Positions 1-9,993 of a DNA stretch of 64,000 nucleotides are shown here, in pieces. A program made the position numbers and the translations under genes. The notes beneath the pieces were generated by a model. The model saw only the letters and a list, made by a program, of their open reading frames with translations. It made no database searches and was not told the DNA's origin. The DNA is from Bdellovibrionales bacterium (GTDB taxonomy: Bacteria; Bdellovibrionota; Bdellovibrionia; Bdellovibrionales; UBA1609), in assembly GCA_965261545.1 (NCBI GenBank), contig CBDHDF010000011.1:640001-704000 (forward strand), in the 5' to 3' direction. Each line of letters starts with the position of its first letter. Positions within the stretch are counted from its first letter, which is position 1.

Positions 1-708
1 AAGTGATTCTTTTAGAATAAAATTCATGTACTCCCTGGGGCAAGAAAATTCAGATGGACAAGCGTGGGGGCCAAGAAATGTTCTATAGACATCAACTTCG
101 TATTTTTGTTGTGCTGCAATGAGTATGCGCATTTCGTTGAGTGTGTCGAGTCCATAGCCACTTTTAATTTCAACGCAAGTCACACCCTGGTCAACAAATC
201 GCCTCACCCTTTCTTTGGCAGAATTGTAAAGCTCTTCATCGGTGGATTTACGGGTGTCTTTCACTGTGGAGAGAATACCTCCACCTTGCTGGGCGATCTC
301 TTGGTAGCTTTTTCCTTGCTGGCGCATTTCTAGTTCATGGCTCCGATCGCCTTGAAATATCAAGTGGGTATGGCATTCGGTGAAGGCCGGCATCACGGTA
401 TGCCCCCTGAGAGGCTCATAGCAAACCACTTCACTGTTGCGATCATTGTCGCTATCGCTGTTATTGTTGCTATTACTGCCATTGTCATTTTTATTTTTAT
501 TGGCATTAGCATTGGCAGGGAAGAGTTCTTGGAGCAATTCATTGGTCACATCCTTTTCGGGGCCGACCCAGAGGATTTTTTCACCACGTGTGATAAAGGC
601 ACCATCTTTGATGATGCCTAAATCCTCTTCACAGATACCACGACCATCTTTTTGGACAGATCCTTTAAGAGTGACAAGTTCCTTAATATGTGTGAAAATT
701 CGATTCAT
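1..708 (-). CDS. hutI: Imidazolonepropionase (5' part, runs off window start)
   Basis: Not in the ORF track. Manual translation from ATG at 708 gives MNRIFTHIKELVTL...PAFTECHTHLIFQGDRSHELEMRQQGKSYQEIAQQGGGILSTV...EIKSGYGL...TFLGPH, which are HutI motifs. Confidence 0.9.
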   Translation of the reverse strand, partial: MNRIFTHIKELVTLKGSVQKDGRGICEEDLGIIKDGAFITRGEKILWVGPEKDVTNELLQELFPANANANKNKNDNGSNSNNNSDSDNDRNSEVVCYEPLRGHTVMPAFTECHTHLIFQGDRSHELEMRQQGKSYQEIAQQGGGILSTVKDTRKSTDEELYNSAKERVRRFVDQGVTCVEIKSGYGLDTLNEMRILIAAQQKYEVDVYRTFLGPHACPSEFSCPREYMNFILKESL

Positions 709-722
709 GGGCTGCGATCATT

Positions 723-2435
723 TTATGGATGAAGTTTCTTTTCTAACTTTAATAATGGAATATAGTTCTTGTTGAGTTCAGAGCCTGCTTTATAGTATGG
801 AAGAGCTTGGTCCATGTCCCCCTTGGAAAGGTGGTATCTTACAAGCCCTGCATGGCCTTCTAGGGAGTTTTTCTGCACATTCAGTAAGTGGGACCAAGAT
901 TCTAGAGCGCAGTCCCATTTTTTCATTTTTTCACAGAGTCGTCCCCTCATTACAAGACCCATTGGATTTTGAGGTTCTATTTTGAGAGCCTTTATGACTT
1001 CCACAAGTGCTTTGTTATCATCACTCAACTCACTAAGCATAAAGGAGTAAAGACTCAGTCCGTTGGAGTTTTCTGGATTTTGTTCGACAGTTGCTTCAAT
1101 GGTCATCATAGCCTGCTTGCGATCACCTTCTTTAAAGTTGCAGTAGGCCTTCAATATTTGGCCACTGATTTTTGGGTTGAGAAATTGAACAAGTTCCTGA
1201 CACCACTTGCCCAAGAGAGGCCACTCCATCATTGAAGTGTGAATGAAAATATTTTTTCTTAAATCATAAGTCTGGTAGGGGCTTGCCTGAAACATTTGTG
1301 TTATCAAAAGGTTTGTTTGCTCCTCTTGACCTAGTAGGTATTGCACATAGGCTCGCAAGAAAAGGGACTCTTGGTAATAATCGGATTCATTGGGGATCAG
1401 TTTTTCCAATTCAAAATAAGACTGAATGAGGTGATTTTCATTTTTTGTTTCAAGCCAGAGCTGTATTCTTAGTTTTGCCATAAGCATCAAGGTGAGAGAG
1501 GGGTTTTCGTCTTGGTTCGTCAGTTTTGTAAGGAGGTTATAGGCTTGTGTGTATTCTGTCAGTCGAGACAAAGACCATGCTTTATTGATGCTTGCTGAAT
1601 AAATCTCAGAGGGAAGAACTTCATCAAAGGTCTTTATGGCTTGTTGATAATGACCGTTCATTACAGCTACCAGCCCTAGGGCTAAGTTCACCTTGACTTT
1701 GGCCTCAGGGGCTTCATGAATTGTCTTGGCTAAATCTTCTAAGATGCGTCGTGCTTGAACAGTTTCTCCAAAATGTGTTAAGAGAATTCCAAAGTAAAGG
1801 TGAAAGTCAGAAGTGGTGGGATTGAGTTGGTAGGCTTCTTTGTATTTCAGAAGGGCCTCTTTGAAGCTTCCATAGTGAACGAGGTTTTTTCCCTCAAGGA
1901 GTAGGGTTTCATATTTTTTTTGTTTTTCTTCAGCAAGAGATATGATTTTGAAGTAAAAGATAATACAAAGAGAGGATACAATAAGGAGAGCCGTTATCAT
2001 AAGAGGAATGCGTAAAGGATCTTTTTTTGGTGAATTTTCTTGATGGTAGACGTACTCGGTCTCGGCTTCATGTGTTCCAGCACGGGCTCCAGCTTCAAGG
2101 GCTCCAGCTCCACGGGAAGAACTGTGAGGGCTGATCTTCTGTGGGCAAGGTTCTTCTATAGTCGTATTTTCTAGGGGATCTCTTTTTTCAGCGATGTCTG
2201 TGACACTAATAATTTCTGTGTTTTCTCCCTCACTGACATCTTCGAGCGCCAATTTTTCCACTGTGTCGGTAAATTCTTTTTGGTCTCGAATGAGAGTCCA
2301 GAAATAGCTTTGGGGGAGCGCGATTTCATCAATGATAACAAATTCTCGTTGGTGTAGCCCATCGACAATCTGGTCATAGGTATAGGGACCTAAAATACGG
2401 CTACTACTTTTTACAAGCCATTGTTGTTGTGCCAA
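723..2435 (-). CDS. Membrane-anchored TPR protein with N-terminal GYF_2-like domain
   Basis: WLVKSSSRILGPYT N-terminus, one TM helix (~aa 143-163), multiple TPR-like helical repeats. Confidence 0.75.
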   Translation of the reverse strand: MAQQQWLVKSSSRILGPYTYDQIVDGLHQREFVIIDEIALPQSYFWTLIRDQKEFTDTVEKLALEDVSEGENTEIISVTDIAEKRDPLENTTIEEPCPQKISPHSSSRGAGALEAGARAGTHEAETEYVYHQENSPKKDPLRIPLMITALLIVSSLCIIFYFKIISLAEEKQKKYETLLLEGKNLVHYGSFKEALLKYKEAYQLNPTTSDFHLYFGILLTHFGETVQARRILEDLAKTIHEAPEAKVKVNLALGLVAVMNGHYQQAIKTFDEVLPSEIYSASINKAWSLSRLTEYTQAYNLLTKLTNQDENPSLTLMLMAKLRIQLWLETKNENHLIQSYFELEKLIPNESDYYQESLFLRAYVQYLLGQEEQTNLLITQMFQASPYQTYDLRKNIFIHTSMMEWPLLGKWCQELVQFLNPKISGQILKAYCNFKEGDRKQAMMTIEATVEQNPENSNGLSLYSFMLSELSDDNKALVEVIKALKIEPQNPMGLVMRGRLCEKMKKWDCALESWSHLLNVQKNSLEGHAGLVRYHLSKGDMDQALPYYKAGSELNKNYIPLLKLEKKLHP

Positions 2436-2457
2436 TCAAGCCCCCGATGTTGGTTTG

Positions 2458-4155
2458 TTAATGTAAAAAATGACGAGTTTTTGTTAAAACCATATTGACT
2501 CCTAGTTCCTCGGCCTTTTTAAGAACTTCGGAATCCTTCATGGATCCACCTGGCTGAATAATCCATTTTATGCCTGCTTGGGCAGCAACTTCAATAGAGT
2601 CTGTAAAAGGGAAAAATGCATCACTGGCAAGAGCCACATCTTCAATGCTGTATTCTGGATGGAACTCTTTCATGCGACCAAGGGCTTGGGTGACAGCATG
2701 CACTCGGTTGACTTGGCCCATTCCTAAGCCAAGGGTCTGTTTCCAGCGAGAGATGGCAATGGCATTGCTTTTTAGCTTCATAACCACCTTCCAGGCAAGA
2801 ATCAAGGTTTCCATAGTTTGAGGCTTGGGTTTGTCCCCTAAAAATTCCCATGCATTTATACTCTCTAACTCATCTCCAGATTGGACTAAAAATCCACCGT
2901 AAATGCTTCTTAGACTGAGTTCCTGCGTTTTCTTTTTAGGAGGGACTCCTTGGAGAATTCGTAGATTTTTCTTTTTCTTAAAAACCTCAAGAGCTTCAGA
3001 AGTGTAATCAGGGGCGATAATACATTCGAGAAAGAGTGAGGTCAGGTTTTGAGCCTCCTCCATTCCCACCCTTTTGTTAAGGGCGACAACGCCACCAAAG
3101 ACACTGATGGGATCCGCTTTTAAGGAAGACTCCAGGGCTTCGAGAATGTGATGGCCAAGACCCACTCCGCAGGGGTTGTTATGTTTAATTGAAACACAAC
3201 AAGGTTCTCCCTCAAATTCCATAAGCATGGAAATGGCAGCGTCCATATCTAAGATATTATTGTAGGAAAGAGCCTTGCCTTGAAGGAGCTTCATATTGTG
3301 AAGGCCAGAGATTTGACAGCTATACCAAGCAGCTTTTTGTTGAGGATTTTCTCCATATCTCAACTGGCACACAAGTTCTCCTGTTCGTGAGAAATTTTCT
3401 AAAAATGGAGAAGGCGAGGAGGCCACTGGTGAGGGGCCCTTCTGTGCAAGATTGTAGTTTGGTTGCGAGAGATTGTGGTTTGTTGAGGTGTGTTTGTCTT
3501 GTGTGGTGTTTTCATTTTGTAGGATGTTTTCGCCTTGTAGGGTCTGGGCAATGCAAGCATCGTAAGAGGATGTATGGGCAAAAACTTTAGAAGCTAAATA
3601 TTTTCTGTCCTCCATGGTAAGCCTTCCATTTTCTTTGAGTCTTTTTGTCACCCAAAGATAATCCTTAGGGTCGCATATGGCACATATTCTTTCAAAACTT
3701 TTAGCTGCGGCACGCAAAAGGGAAGGACCGCCAATATCGATAAATTCGATAAGTTCTCTGTGAAGATGAGGTTGGTGCCTATGCTGATGAGAAAGGGGGG
3801 GGGGAGGGGGGTGAGAATAGGCTGCGAGAGTTTCTTGAAAGGGGTAGAGGTTTCCAATGACCAAATCAAAGGGTTTTAAGCCATATTGCTTCAACAGTTG
3901 AAGGTCTTCGGGCACATGGTCTCTGGCCAATAAACCCATATGTATATAGGGGTGGAGAGTTTTCACTCGACCCGACATAACTTCGGGAAATTGGGTTTGC
4001 TCTTGAATATCAATGACTTGAAAGCCACTTTCTCTTAAGTATGTGGCAGTTCCTCCCGTTGAAAGGAGTCTGACACTTTCATATTGGTTGAGATCTCTTA
4101 TGAAATCAGCAAGTCCCACTTTATCAGAGACGCTTACAAGCGCATTTTTAAACAT
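2458..4155 (-). CDS. purH: Bifunctional AICAR transformylase/IMP cyclohydrolase
   Basis: ALVSVSDK, STGGTA, GRVKTLHP, IDIGGPSLLRAAAK, LRYGENPQQ, KHNNPCG, ASDAFFPF, IIQPGGS. Start moved to ATG 4155. Confidence 0.97.
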   Translation of the reverse strand: MFKNALVSVSDKVGLADFIRDLNQYESVRLLSTGGTATYLRESGFQVIDIQEQTQFPEVMSGRVKTLHPYIHMGLLARDHVPEDLQLLKQYGLKPFDLVIGNLYPFQETLAAYSHPPPPPLSHQHRHQPHLHRELIEFIDIGGPSLLRAAAKSFERICAICDPKDYLWVTKRLKENGRLTMEDRKYLASKVFAHTSSYDACIAQTLQGENILQNENTTQDKHTSTNHNLSQPNYNLAQKGPSPVASSPSPFLENFSRTGELVCQLRYGENPQQKAAWYSCQISGLHNMKLLQGKALSYNNILDMDAAISMLMEFEGEPCCVSIKHNNPCGVGLGHHILEALESSLKADPISVFGGVVALNKRVGMEEAQNLTSLFLECIIAPDYTSEALEVFKKKKNLRILQGVPPKKKTQELSLRSIYGGFLVQSGDELESINAWEFLGDKPKPQTMETLILAWKVVMKLKSNAIAISRWKQTLGLGMGQVNRVHAVTQALGRMKEFHPEYSIEDVALASDAFFPFTDSIEVAAQAGIKWIIQPGGSMKDSEVLKKAEELGVNMVLTKTRHFLH

Positions 4156-4192
4156 ACATGTTTTCCTCTTACATATCTTTACATGTTTTTCC

Positions 4193-5554
4193 CTAAAAAG
4201 AAAATTGAGAACCAAGTAGCTTTAAGTCGTCATTGGTGAGAAAAATGCCAGCCCCTAAGAAAAAACTGCCTTCACGACCGTCACCACCAATATCCAAGAG
4301 GTGATCGGCCCCTCCAATGACATAGGCTCCCTTAAAGAAATTGTATCTCACAAATGATCTGACATAAAGATTATCAAAATCAAAGGCTTCCACAGAAAAA
4401 CGCCAATTTCGCCGTCCCAAATAGTAGTCCAATCCAAGCCCCCCCGAGCTTTCAAGAATTCCTCCCTTGACGGTGAAGTTGTGAAAATTCTTTGCAAAAA
4501 GAGCTGTCAACTTCACTCTATCTTTAAAAGTCTTCACAGTTTTAATTTCGGAAGTGGTTCCATCCAGGGGCGTTTGCTCTGTGATATGAGTGCGAGTGAG
4601 ACCTTTGGCATCGTCGACGAGGCCAATTTCATAGTAGCGATCAAGGCCGGGTGTCAATCGTGCTGAGACATAGGTTTTGGAAGAGTCCATATTCATAAGG
4701 TGCTCTGTGTGAAAGTCGATGCTTGTCTCTAAGCTTTTAATATCACTTAAAAAGCCATTGATTCCCTCGATGGCTTCATTCAGTCCCTCCACGGTCTCTT
4801 TATCGTTAATAAGGCGACCAATGGTTCCGTCCCCTGAGTTGATTTTATCTGTGATTTCTTCAACATTTTGAACGGAACGAAGTACGTTGGTGGAAAGCTT
4901 GTCGTTGACGAGGTTATCTAAATCAGCCATGAGAGATTGGGTGCGAAGTAAGATATTGTTGATTCTCTCTCGGTTTTTTCCAGATATTTCTGCCAAGTCA
5001 TTGGTGAAATCTTCAATGTTGGCAGCAATTCGTCCAATGAGATGGGTATCATCTTCATCTTTTATGGTGAATTCTTCCAGTCGAAGGATCACTCTTTCCA
5101 AGGGTATGACGACTTTATTGATATTTTTTATCATTTGCCCCAAGGAGGCTTGGTTAGGGGAGTTTGGGATAGATCTTCCAGACTCTAGGGGTTGGCTTGT
5201 TCCTGTGATGGGGCCAGGAAGAATTTCCACATGTTTATCTCCAAGAATGCCATCGGCGCGTATTTCAACAAGGCTTGCTGCTGTTAAGGGAACATCCTCG
5301 TAAAAACTTAAAAAAACTCTCGCCTTTCCTTTGACGAGTTGGATGTCTTTAATAAATCCCACCTTGATGCCCGCCATTTTAACGGCACTGTTTTTTATAA
5401 GCCCACTGGCATTTTCAACATCAAAGTGATGTTCTCGGAGGCTTGGATATATGGTGGGGTTATCTGCGACCTTGAGGGATAGTCCACCTATGAGAGAAGA
5501 CACTAGGATCACCAACATGCCAACTTTAAATTCCGGAGAGTTGAGACCTATCAT
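4193..5554 (-). CDS. mlaD: MCE/MlaD family protein with long helical region and beta-rich C-terminus
   Basis: N-terminal TM, ASGL..NSAVKMAGIKVG, GILGDKHVEILPG; follows mlaE-mlaF. Confidence 0.88.
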   Translation of the reverse strand: MIGLNSPEFKVGMLVILVSSLIGGLSLKVADNPTIYPSLREHHFDVENASGLIKNSAVKMAGIKVGFIKDIQLVKGKARVFLSFYEDVPLTAASLVEIRADGILGDKHVEILPGPITGTSQPLESGRSIPNSPNQASLGQMIKNINKVVIPLERVILRLEEFTIKDEDDTHLIGRIAANIEDFTNDLAEISGKNRERINNILLRTQSLMADLDNLVNDKLSTNVLRSVQNVEEITDKINSGDGTIGRLINDKETVEGLNEAIEGINGFLSDIKSLETSIDFHTEHLMNMDSSKTYVSARLTPGLDRYYEIGLVDDAKGLTRTHITEQTPLDGTTSEIKTVKTFKDRVKLTALFAKNFHNFTVKGGILESSGGLGLDYYLGRRNWRFSVEAFDFDNLYVRSFVRYNFFKGAYVIGGADHLLDIGGDGREGSFFLGAGIFLTNDDLKLLGSQFSF

Positions 5555-6309
5555 TTTTGCTTTATTCCCTTTTCAACAAATTTTTGCACGAGTTTATCCT
5601 TTGAGTTGAAAAAAGTATCTGGAGTTCCCGTGAGTAGGACTTTTCCCTTATTCAACATGACAATATGATGACTAATGCGAAAGGCAGAGATAAGATCATG
5701 GCTCACAACAATCGCTGTTGAGCCTCGATGTTTTTGATGGGTCTCTAATATAAGGTCATCCACCATTTCTGTAAGAATGGGATCCAAGCCTGTAGTGGGT
5801 TCATCATAAATGAGGATTTCAGGGTCCAAGGCCAAGGCTCTTGCAAGGCCCACTCTCTTTCTCATTCCTCCACTGAGTGTTGAGGGGAGTTTGGCAAAGT
5901 GCTTCTCATCCAGACCCGACATGGTCAGCTTTTTGTGGGCCAAATCCAACCTTTCGGTGGGAGTCATATGCCTCCGGTGTTCTTCCAGAGGAAAACAAAC
6001 ATTTTCCATAACTGTCATATCGTCAAATAAGGCCGCATGTTGAAATAAAACACCAATGCGACAGCGCATATCGATTAGTTCGCCCTGGCTCATGGTCCAG
6101 ATGTTTCGATCTAAGACATAAACATTTCCCGATGTGGGTCGTAGGAGTCCAAGAATATGCTTGAGCATCACACTCTTTCCTGTCCCACTGTAGCCGATAA
6201 TCACTGTGAGGCTTCCCTTGGGAATTTTCAAGTCAATGCCATTGAGAATAAAGTCATGTCCCCCATCAAAAGATTTTTTAACATTGTCTAAGTGGACAGC
6301 GAGTGGCAT
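5551..6309 (-). CDS. mlaF: ABC transporter ATPase, MlaF/Mkl type
   Basis: Walker A GYSGTGKS, LSGGMRKRVGLARALALDP, YDEPTTGLDP. Confidence 0.93.
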   Translation of the reverse strand: MPLAVHLDNVKKSFDGGHDFILNGIDLKIPKGSLTVIIGYSGTGKSVMLKHILGLLRPTSGNVYVLDRNIWTMSQGELIDMRCRIGVLFQHAALFDDMTVMENVCFPLEEHRRHMTPTERLDLAHKKLTMSGLDEKHFAKLPSTLSGGMRKRVGLARALALDPEILIYDEPTTGLDPILTEMVDDLILETHQKHRGSTAIVVSHDLISAFRISHHIVMLNKGKVLLTGTPDTFFNSKDKLVQKFVEKGIKQK

Positions 6310-6312
6310 GGG

Positions 6313-7155
6313 CTAGATTTCTCCCAAAAGCTGGCTTGTGAGGCGAAATAAGTTTGTCATAAAAAAGTTTATAATAATGATAAGAACCATACTATTGACA
6401 ACTCCCTGGTTGGTCGCCTCTCCAACTCCTTTGGCCCCTCCTTTGGTATTAAAACCCCGATTTGTGCATATTGCTGTAAAAATGAGGCCAAAAAAAGCGG
6501 ACTTCACAAGCCCTTCACCCACGTCGCTAGGGCTGAGCCAGGATTGAATCTTATCCCAAAAGATGGCTTCATCCAAAGAGAGAACATGAACACATAAAGC
6601 GTGGGAACCTAGGAGAGCCACGCTATCAAAGACACCACAGAGAAGTGGCATGGATATGAAAGCGGCAATAATCCGTGGTGCAACAAGGTATTGTATGGGA
6701 TTGATTCCCATCACTTCGAGGGCGTCGATTTGCTCTGTGACACGCATGGTTCCCAAGCGAGCCGCCATGGCGCCACCCGCGCGTGCAGCAACAATGAGCC
6801 CTGTCAAAACGGGGCCCAACTCGCGAGTGATACCGAGGGCTACTGTGGGGCCGACAAGATTGGTGGCATTGACCAGACTAAAGCCCATGTAAATTTGATA
6901 GGAAAGAGCCATTCCTGTGAAGGCGCCCGTAAGAGCAATGATAATCAGGGATTTGTTTCCAATAAACTCTATGTGTTTAATGATCTCATTCCAGCGGTAA
7001 GGCTTTGTTAAAATGAGGAGGGAGGACTGTGTTAAAAAGATACATATGCTTCCACTGCGGATGCATAATTGCTGAAAAGGGTGCCATAGAGAGAGAAGAA
7101 GCTTGTCTATGGTTCGGTTGATATGCTCTCTGTTTTGATTCCAAATTTGTGGCAT
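6313..7155 (-). CDS. mlaE: ABC transporter permease, MlaE family
   Basis: RELGPVLTGLIVAARAG, LGTMRVTEQIDALEVMG, GAKGVGEAT; ATG overlaps the alr stop (TGATG). Confidence 0.93.
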   Translation of the reverse strand: MPQIWNQNREHINRTIDKLLLSLWHPFQQLCIRSGSICIFLTQSSLLILTKPYRWNEIIKHIEFIGNKSLIIIALTGAFTGMALSYQIYMGFSLVNATNLVGPTVALGITRELGPVLTGLIVAARAGGAMAARLGTMRVTEQIDALEVMGINPIQYLVAPRIIAAFISMPLLCGVFDSVALLGSHALCVHVLSLDEAIFWDKIQSWLSPSDVGEGLVKSAFFGLIFTAICTNRGFNTKGGAKGVGEATNQGVVNSMVLIIIINFFMTNLFRLTSQLLGEI

Positions 7156-8339
7156 CAAGGGGTCCCCTTCACATACTTTCGGGGCAAGCGTGATCCCATA
7201 CAAGTAAGAATTTCGTAGGGGATGGTTCCTGATTTATCAGCCAGTTCCTGAGCGGAAATGCTATGGGGATGCCTTCCTCCAAAAAGTTCCACCTTTTGTC
7301 CGAGGGCCTCTTCGCAGCTTTGAAAAATATTTGTCAAGTTCACCATGGTATAGTCCATACAAATTGCTCCCACTTGGGGAACTCTCTGGTGATTGATTAA
7401 AACAGAGACCTTGTTGGAAAGGCTTCGGTTAAAACCATCGGCATAGCCAATGGGAATCACACCAATCAGGCTGGGACGCTTGGCTCGCCATGTCCAGTTA
7501 TAAGAAACACCTTCTCCCTGGGGAACGCGGTGGCATTGAACGACATGGCTTTTTAGACACATCACGGGAGCTAAGCTGTTTAAAGCCTCCGAAGATCGGG
7601 CAACTCTAGCGGTGTCGTCAGTTTTAGAGGGCCTAGAAATTCCAGAAACTCCAGCGGTATTATTTGAGGGCTTTAAACCGTACAAACTTAATCCTAAGCG
7701 AACTCCCACCCTTGTGCCATTGATGGGAATGGAAGTCCAGTATTCACCTAAAAAAGCAGGACTATTTAGCAAAGAAAAGGGAAGTTTTTTTTGCCTAGAT
7801 ACTTTCAATAGAGGAGCGACCTGTTTTTTGGACATATGAGAGACCTCGCTGTGAGACAGGTGTGCACATAGAGAGGTGAGGTTCAACTGCTTTGAGTTTT
7901 GAAGTAAATTCAGGCATAGGGGTATGTCTTTCAAAGCGACACCAAGGCGATTCATACCCAAGTTGACTTTGAGGTGAACATTGACAGGTTTGTGTAGGCC
8001 ATTTTCCAGAAGGGGGATTTCGCTAGGCTGTGTAATAATAGGAGTCAACCCATAGAGGTTGATGGCCTTGACAGCCTCTTTGTCTATGGGAGCAAAGACG
8101 AGGAGTTGGATATTATGGAAGCCAGCTTCTCTTAACTTGATAGCTTCTTCGATGAGAGCAACACCAAAAACTTCTTGACCTTCTTGAAGCAGTGTGCGAA
8201 CGACCTCAGTGGCTCCGTGACCATAGGCATCGGCTTTCACTATGGAGCAAAACCACCTAGACTCGGCCCTTTGTTTTAAAAGTCTAAAGTTGAAGCCTAG
8301 AGCCTCTAGATCTATTTCCAGATATGTTTGACGATACAC
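7155..8339 (-). CDS. alr: Alanine racemase
   Basis: VKADAYGHG PLP-lysine motif, GYADG, VGAICMD, TIPYEILT. Confidence 0.96.
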   Translation of the reverse strand: MYRQTYLEIDLEALGFNFRLLKQRAESRWFCSIVKADAYGHGATEVVRTLLQEGQEVFGVALIEEAIKLREAGFHNIQLLVFAPIDKEAVKAINLYGLTPIITQPSEIPLLENGLHKPVNVHLKVNLGMNRLGVALKDIPLCLNLLQNSKQLNLTSLCAHLSHSEVSHMSKKQVAPLLKVSRQKKLPFSLLNSPAFLGEYWTSIPINGTRVGVRLGLSLYGLKPSNNTAGVSGISRPSKTDDTARVARSSEALNSLAPVMCLKSHVVQCHRVPQGEGVSYNWTWRAKRPSLIGVIPIGYADGFNRSLSNKVSVLINHQRVPQVGAICMDYTMVNLTNIFQSCEEALGQKVELFGGRHPHSISAQELADKSGTIPYEILTCMGSRLPRKYVKGTP

Positions 8340-8394
8340 ACTACAACTCGCTTCATTTTATTTTTTTCATTTCATTTTTTTCATTTTATTTTGG

Positions 8395-9477
8395 TCATAT
8401 TTGGCTTTGAATCTGATTTGACGCATTAACAATAAAATCAGGAACAAGGCCATGGGGCGAGGAAGCTATAAAAACTTTGTTACCAGGGGTTTTTCTCGAT
8501 TGAGCGAGTGCGTTATCTGCGGATTCCAACAAGCCATCAATGTTGCCGCAAAGAGTTGGGTATTCACTGACGCCGATACTTACTGTCATTTTTCCAAGTC
8601 GTGGCAAGACTTTAGAAAAAGTTGCCATTTCGATAATGCTTCTCAATCTCTCCGCATGGGCCATGGCCCCCTTCAGTGGAGTATGGGGTAGTATGAGGCC
8701 GAATTCATCCGCAGTCATTCGGCCAACAACATCGTTCATACGGCTATCTTTTCTCATAATCATGGCTAGCATTTTTAACAATACATCCATGTCTTTTGTT
8801 GGCATATCTTCAACGTACTGGTGAAAACGATCGATACTAACAATCAGTAAGGAGATGGGATGACTGATTCTTTTTCCACGGTGGACTTCTTCCATCAGTG
8901 TCTTTAAGAAATGACGGCGTTTTAAGAGGTGGGTTCTCACATCATACAGCGTGAGATTGTGGAGCTTTCTCTCCATAAGTATCTGTGTAACTTTGGTGAA
9001 TAAGAGGCTCTGGCACCATTGAACATAGGGGTCTTTTTGTATCCCCTTAAGATTTAAAAACAGGAATAAACCCTGAACGCTATCAGCGTCCTCATCTTCC
9101 AGGCATAGTATAGAGTAGTCTTTGACGGAAAAAGCTTCTTGTACGAATTCATCAAATTCGCTGAGTTTATTGGCTTCTCGTAGGGTATGGAGGTTCAATG
9201 TATATTTGTCTCCGGGCAACCGAATGCCAAGGTTATCAATACTCATGTCTAAGCCTATTTTTCTTGAAGCCACAAATGTGTGGTGAGCTGGAGTATATTT
9301 TAAGTAGACAATGGGGCAGGACCTTAAATATCTTGATGCTTCTTCTAAGAAATAGTCCACAACCTCTTTTATGTTGGTAAGGGCATAAAGCCTCTTAAGC
9401 CACCTTCCTTGGTAGGTCATGCTGGGAAGCTCCTCTGTTGATAGAGGTTGCTCATGAAGATGCTTATGGTTGCTCAT
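8395..9477 (-). CDS. Degenerate GGDEF-domain protein (TADEF), probable c-di-GMP receptor
   Basis: RMNDVVGRMTADEF (RxxD-x5-xxDEF), AERLR, TVSIGVS, ADNALAQS. Confidence 0.85.
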   Translation of the reverse strand: MSNHKHLHEQPLSTEELPSMTYQGRWLKRLYALTNIKEVVDYFLEEASRYLRSCPIVYLKYTPAHHTFVASRKIGLDMSIDNLGIRLPGDKYTLNLHTLREANKLSEFDEFVQEAFSVKDYSILCLEDEDADSVQGLFLFLNLKGIQKDPYVQWCQSLLFTKVTQILMERKLHNLTLYDVRTHLLKRRHFLKTLMEEVHRGKRISHPISLLIVSIDRFHQYVEDMPTKDMDVLLKMLAMIMRKDSRMNDVVGRMTADEFGLILPHTPLKGAMAHAERLRSIIEMATFSKVLPRLGKMTVSIGVSEYPTLCGNIDGLLESADNALAQSRKTPGNKVFIASSPHGLVPDFIVNASNQIQSQI

Positions 9478-9479
9478 TA

Positions 9480-9908
9480 TTACCCCCAAATAACTCCATT
9501 GCGACTTACGACTCTGGCCTCATCTAGCTTTAAATGGTCTTCGTCATCATCACATTCATTTTTCTCTTCACCACTATGATTAATTTCACTGTCACGATCA
9601 CTATTATCACCACTATCATGGCCGTTACTCGTAGCGATTTTTGTGATTGTTGCTGGAGGAGAAGTTTCTATGGTTGTTTCTATCGTTGATTTTATGGTCT
9701 CTTTATCATCGGCATTGAGGTTGTTGAGTGGAATGATAATCGATTCTGTTTGCTCATCCCAGTTGTCGTTTTTGTTGCTTGCAGGTTCCTCTTGGATACA
9801 CTCTTCGTTTTCTCCACTTTTTTTAGATACTAACTCTAATTTCTCTGTATCGCTATTGTTGGTTTCAACGGTATCTAAGTTGTCGCTTTCACCTTGTGCC
9901 GCCTCCAC
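9480..9908 (-). pseudogene. Out-of-frame acidic C-terminal continuation of the upstream sensor-like gene
   Basis: Begins with the same VEAAQGESDNLDT repeat found at the end of the upstream ORF; separated from it by a net +7 nt duplication at ~9907-9924. Confidence 0.65.
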
Positions 9909-9993
9909 TGAAGAGCTGAAGAGCCGTGTCTAAATTGTCGCTTTCACCTTGTGCCGCCTCCACCTGAAGAGCTGTGTCTAAATTGTCGCTTTC
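9871..9993. repeat. ~48-bp tandem repeat (ESDNLDTALQVEAAQG), ~2.4 copies, one with an internal duplication
   Basis: tctaa(a/g)ttgtcgctttca occurs three times. Confidence 0.9.

Noticed and set aside
64..775. Plus-strand ORFs 64-333, 337-621 and 437-775, and the many short antisense ORFs over housekeeping genes
   Set aside because: They are shadows of hutI and other well-supported genes on the opposite strand or in another frame.
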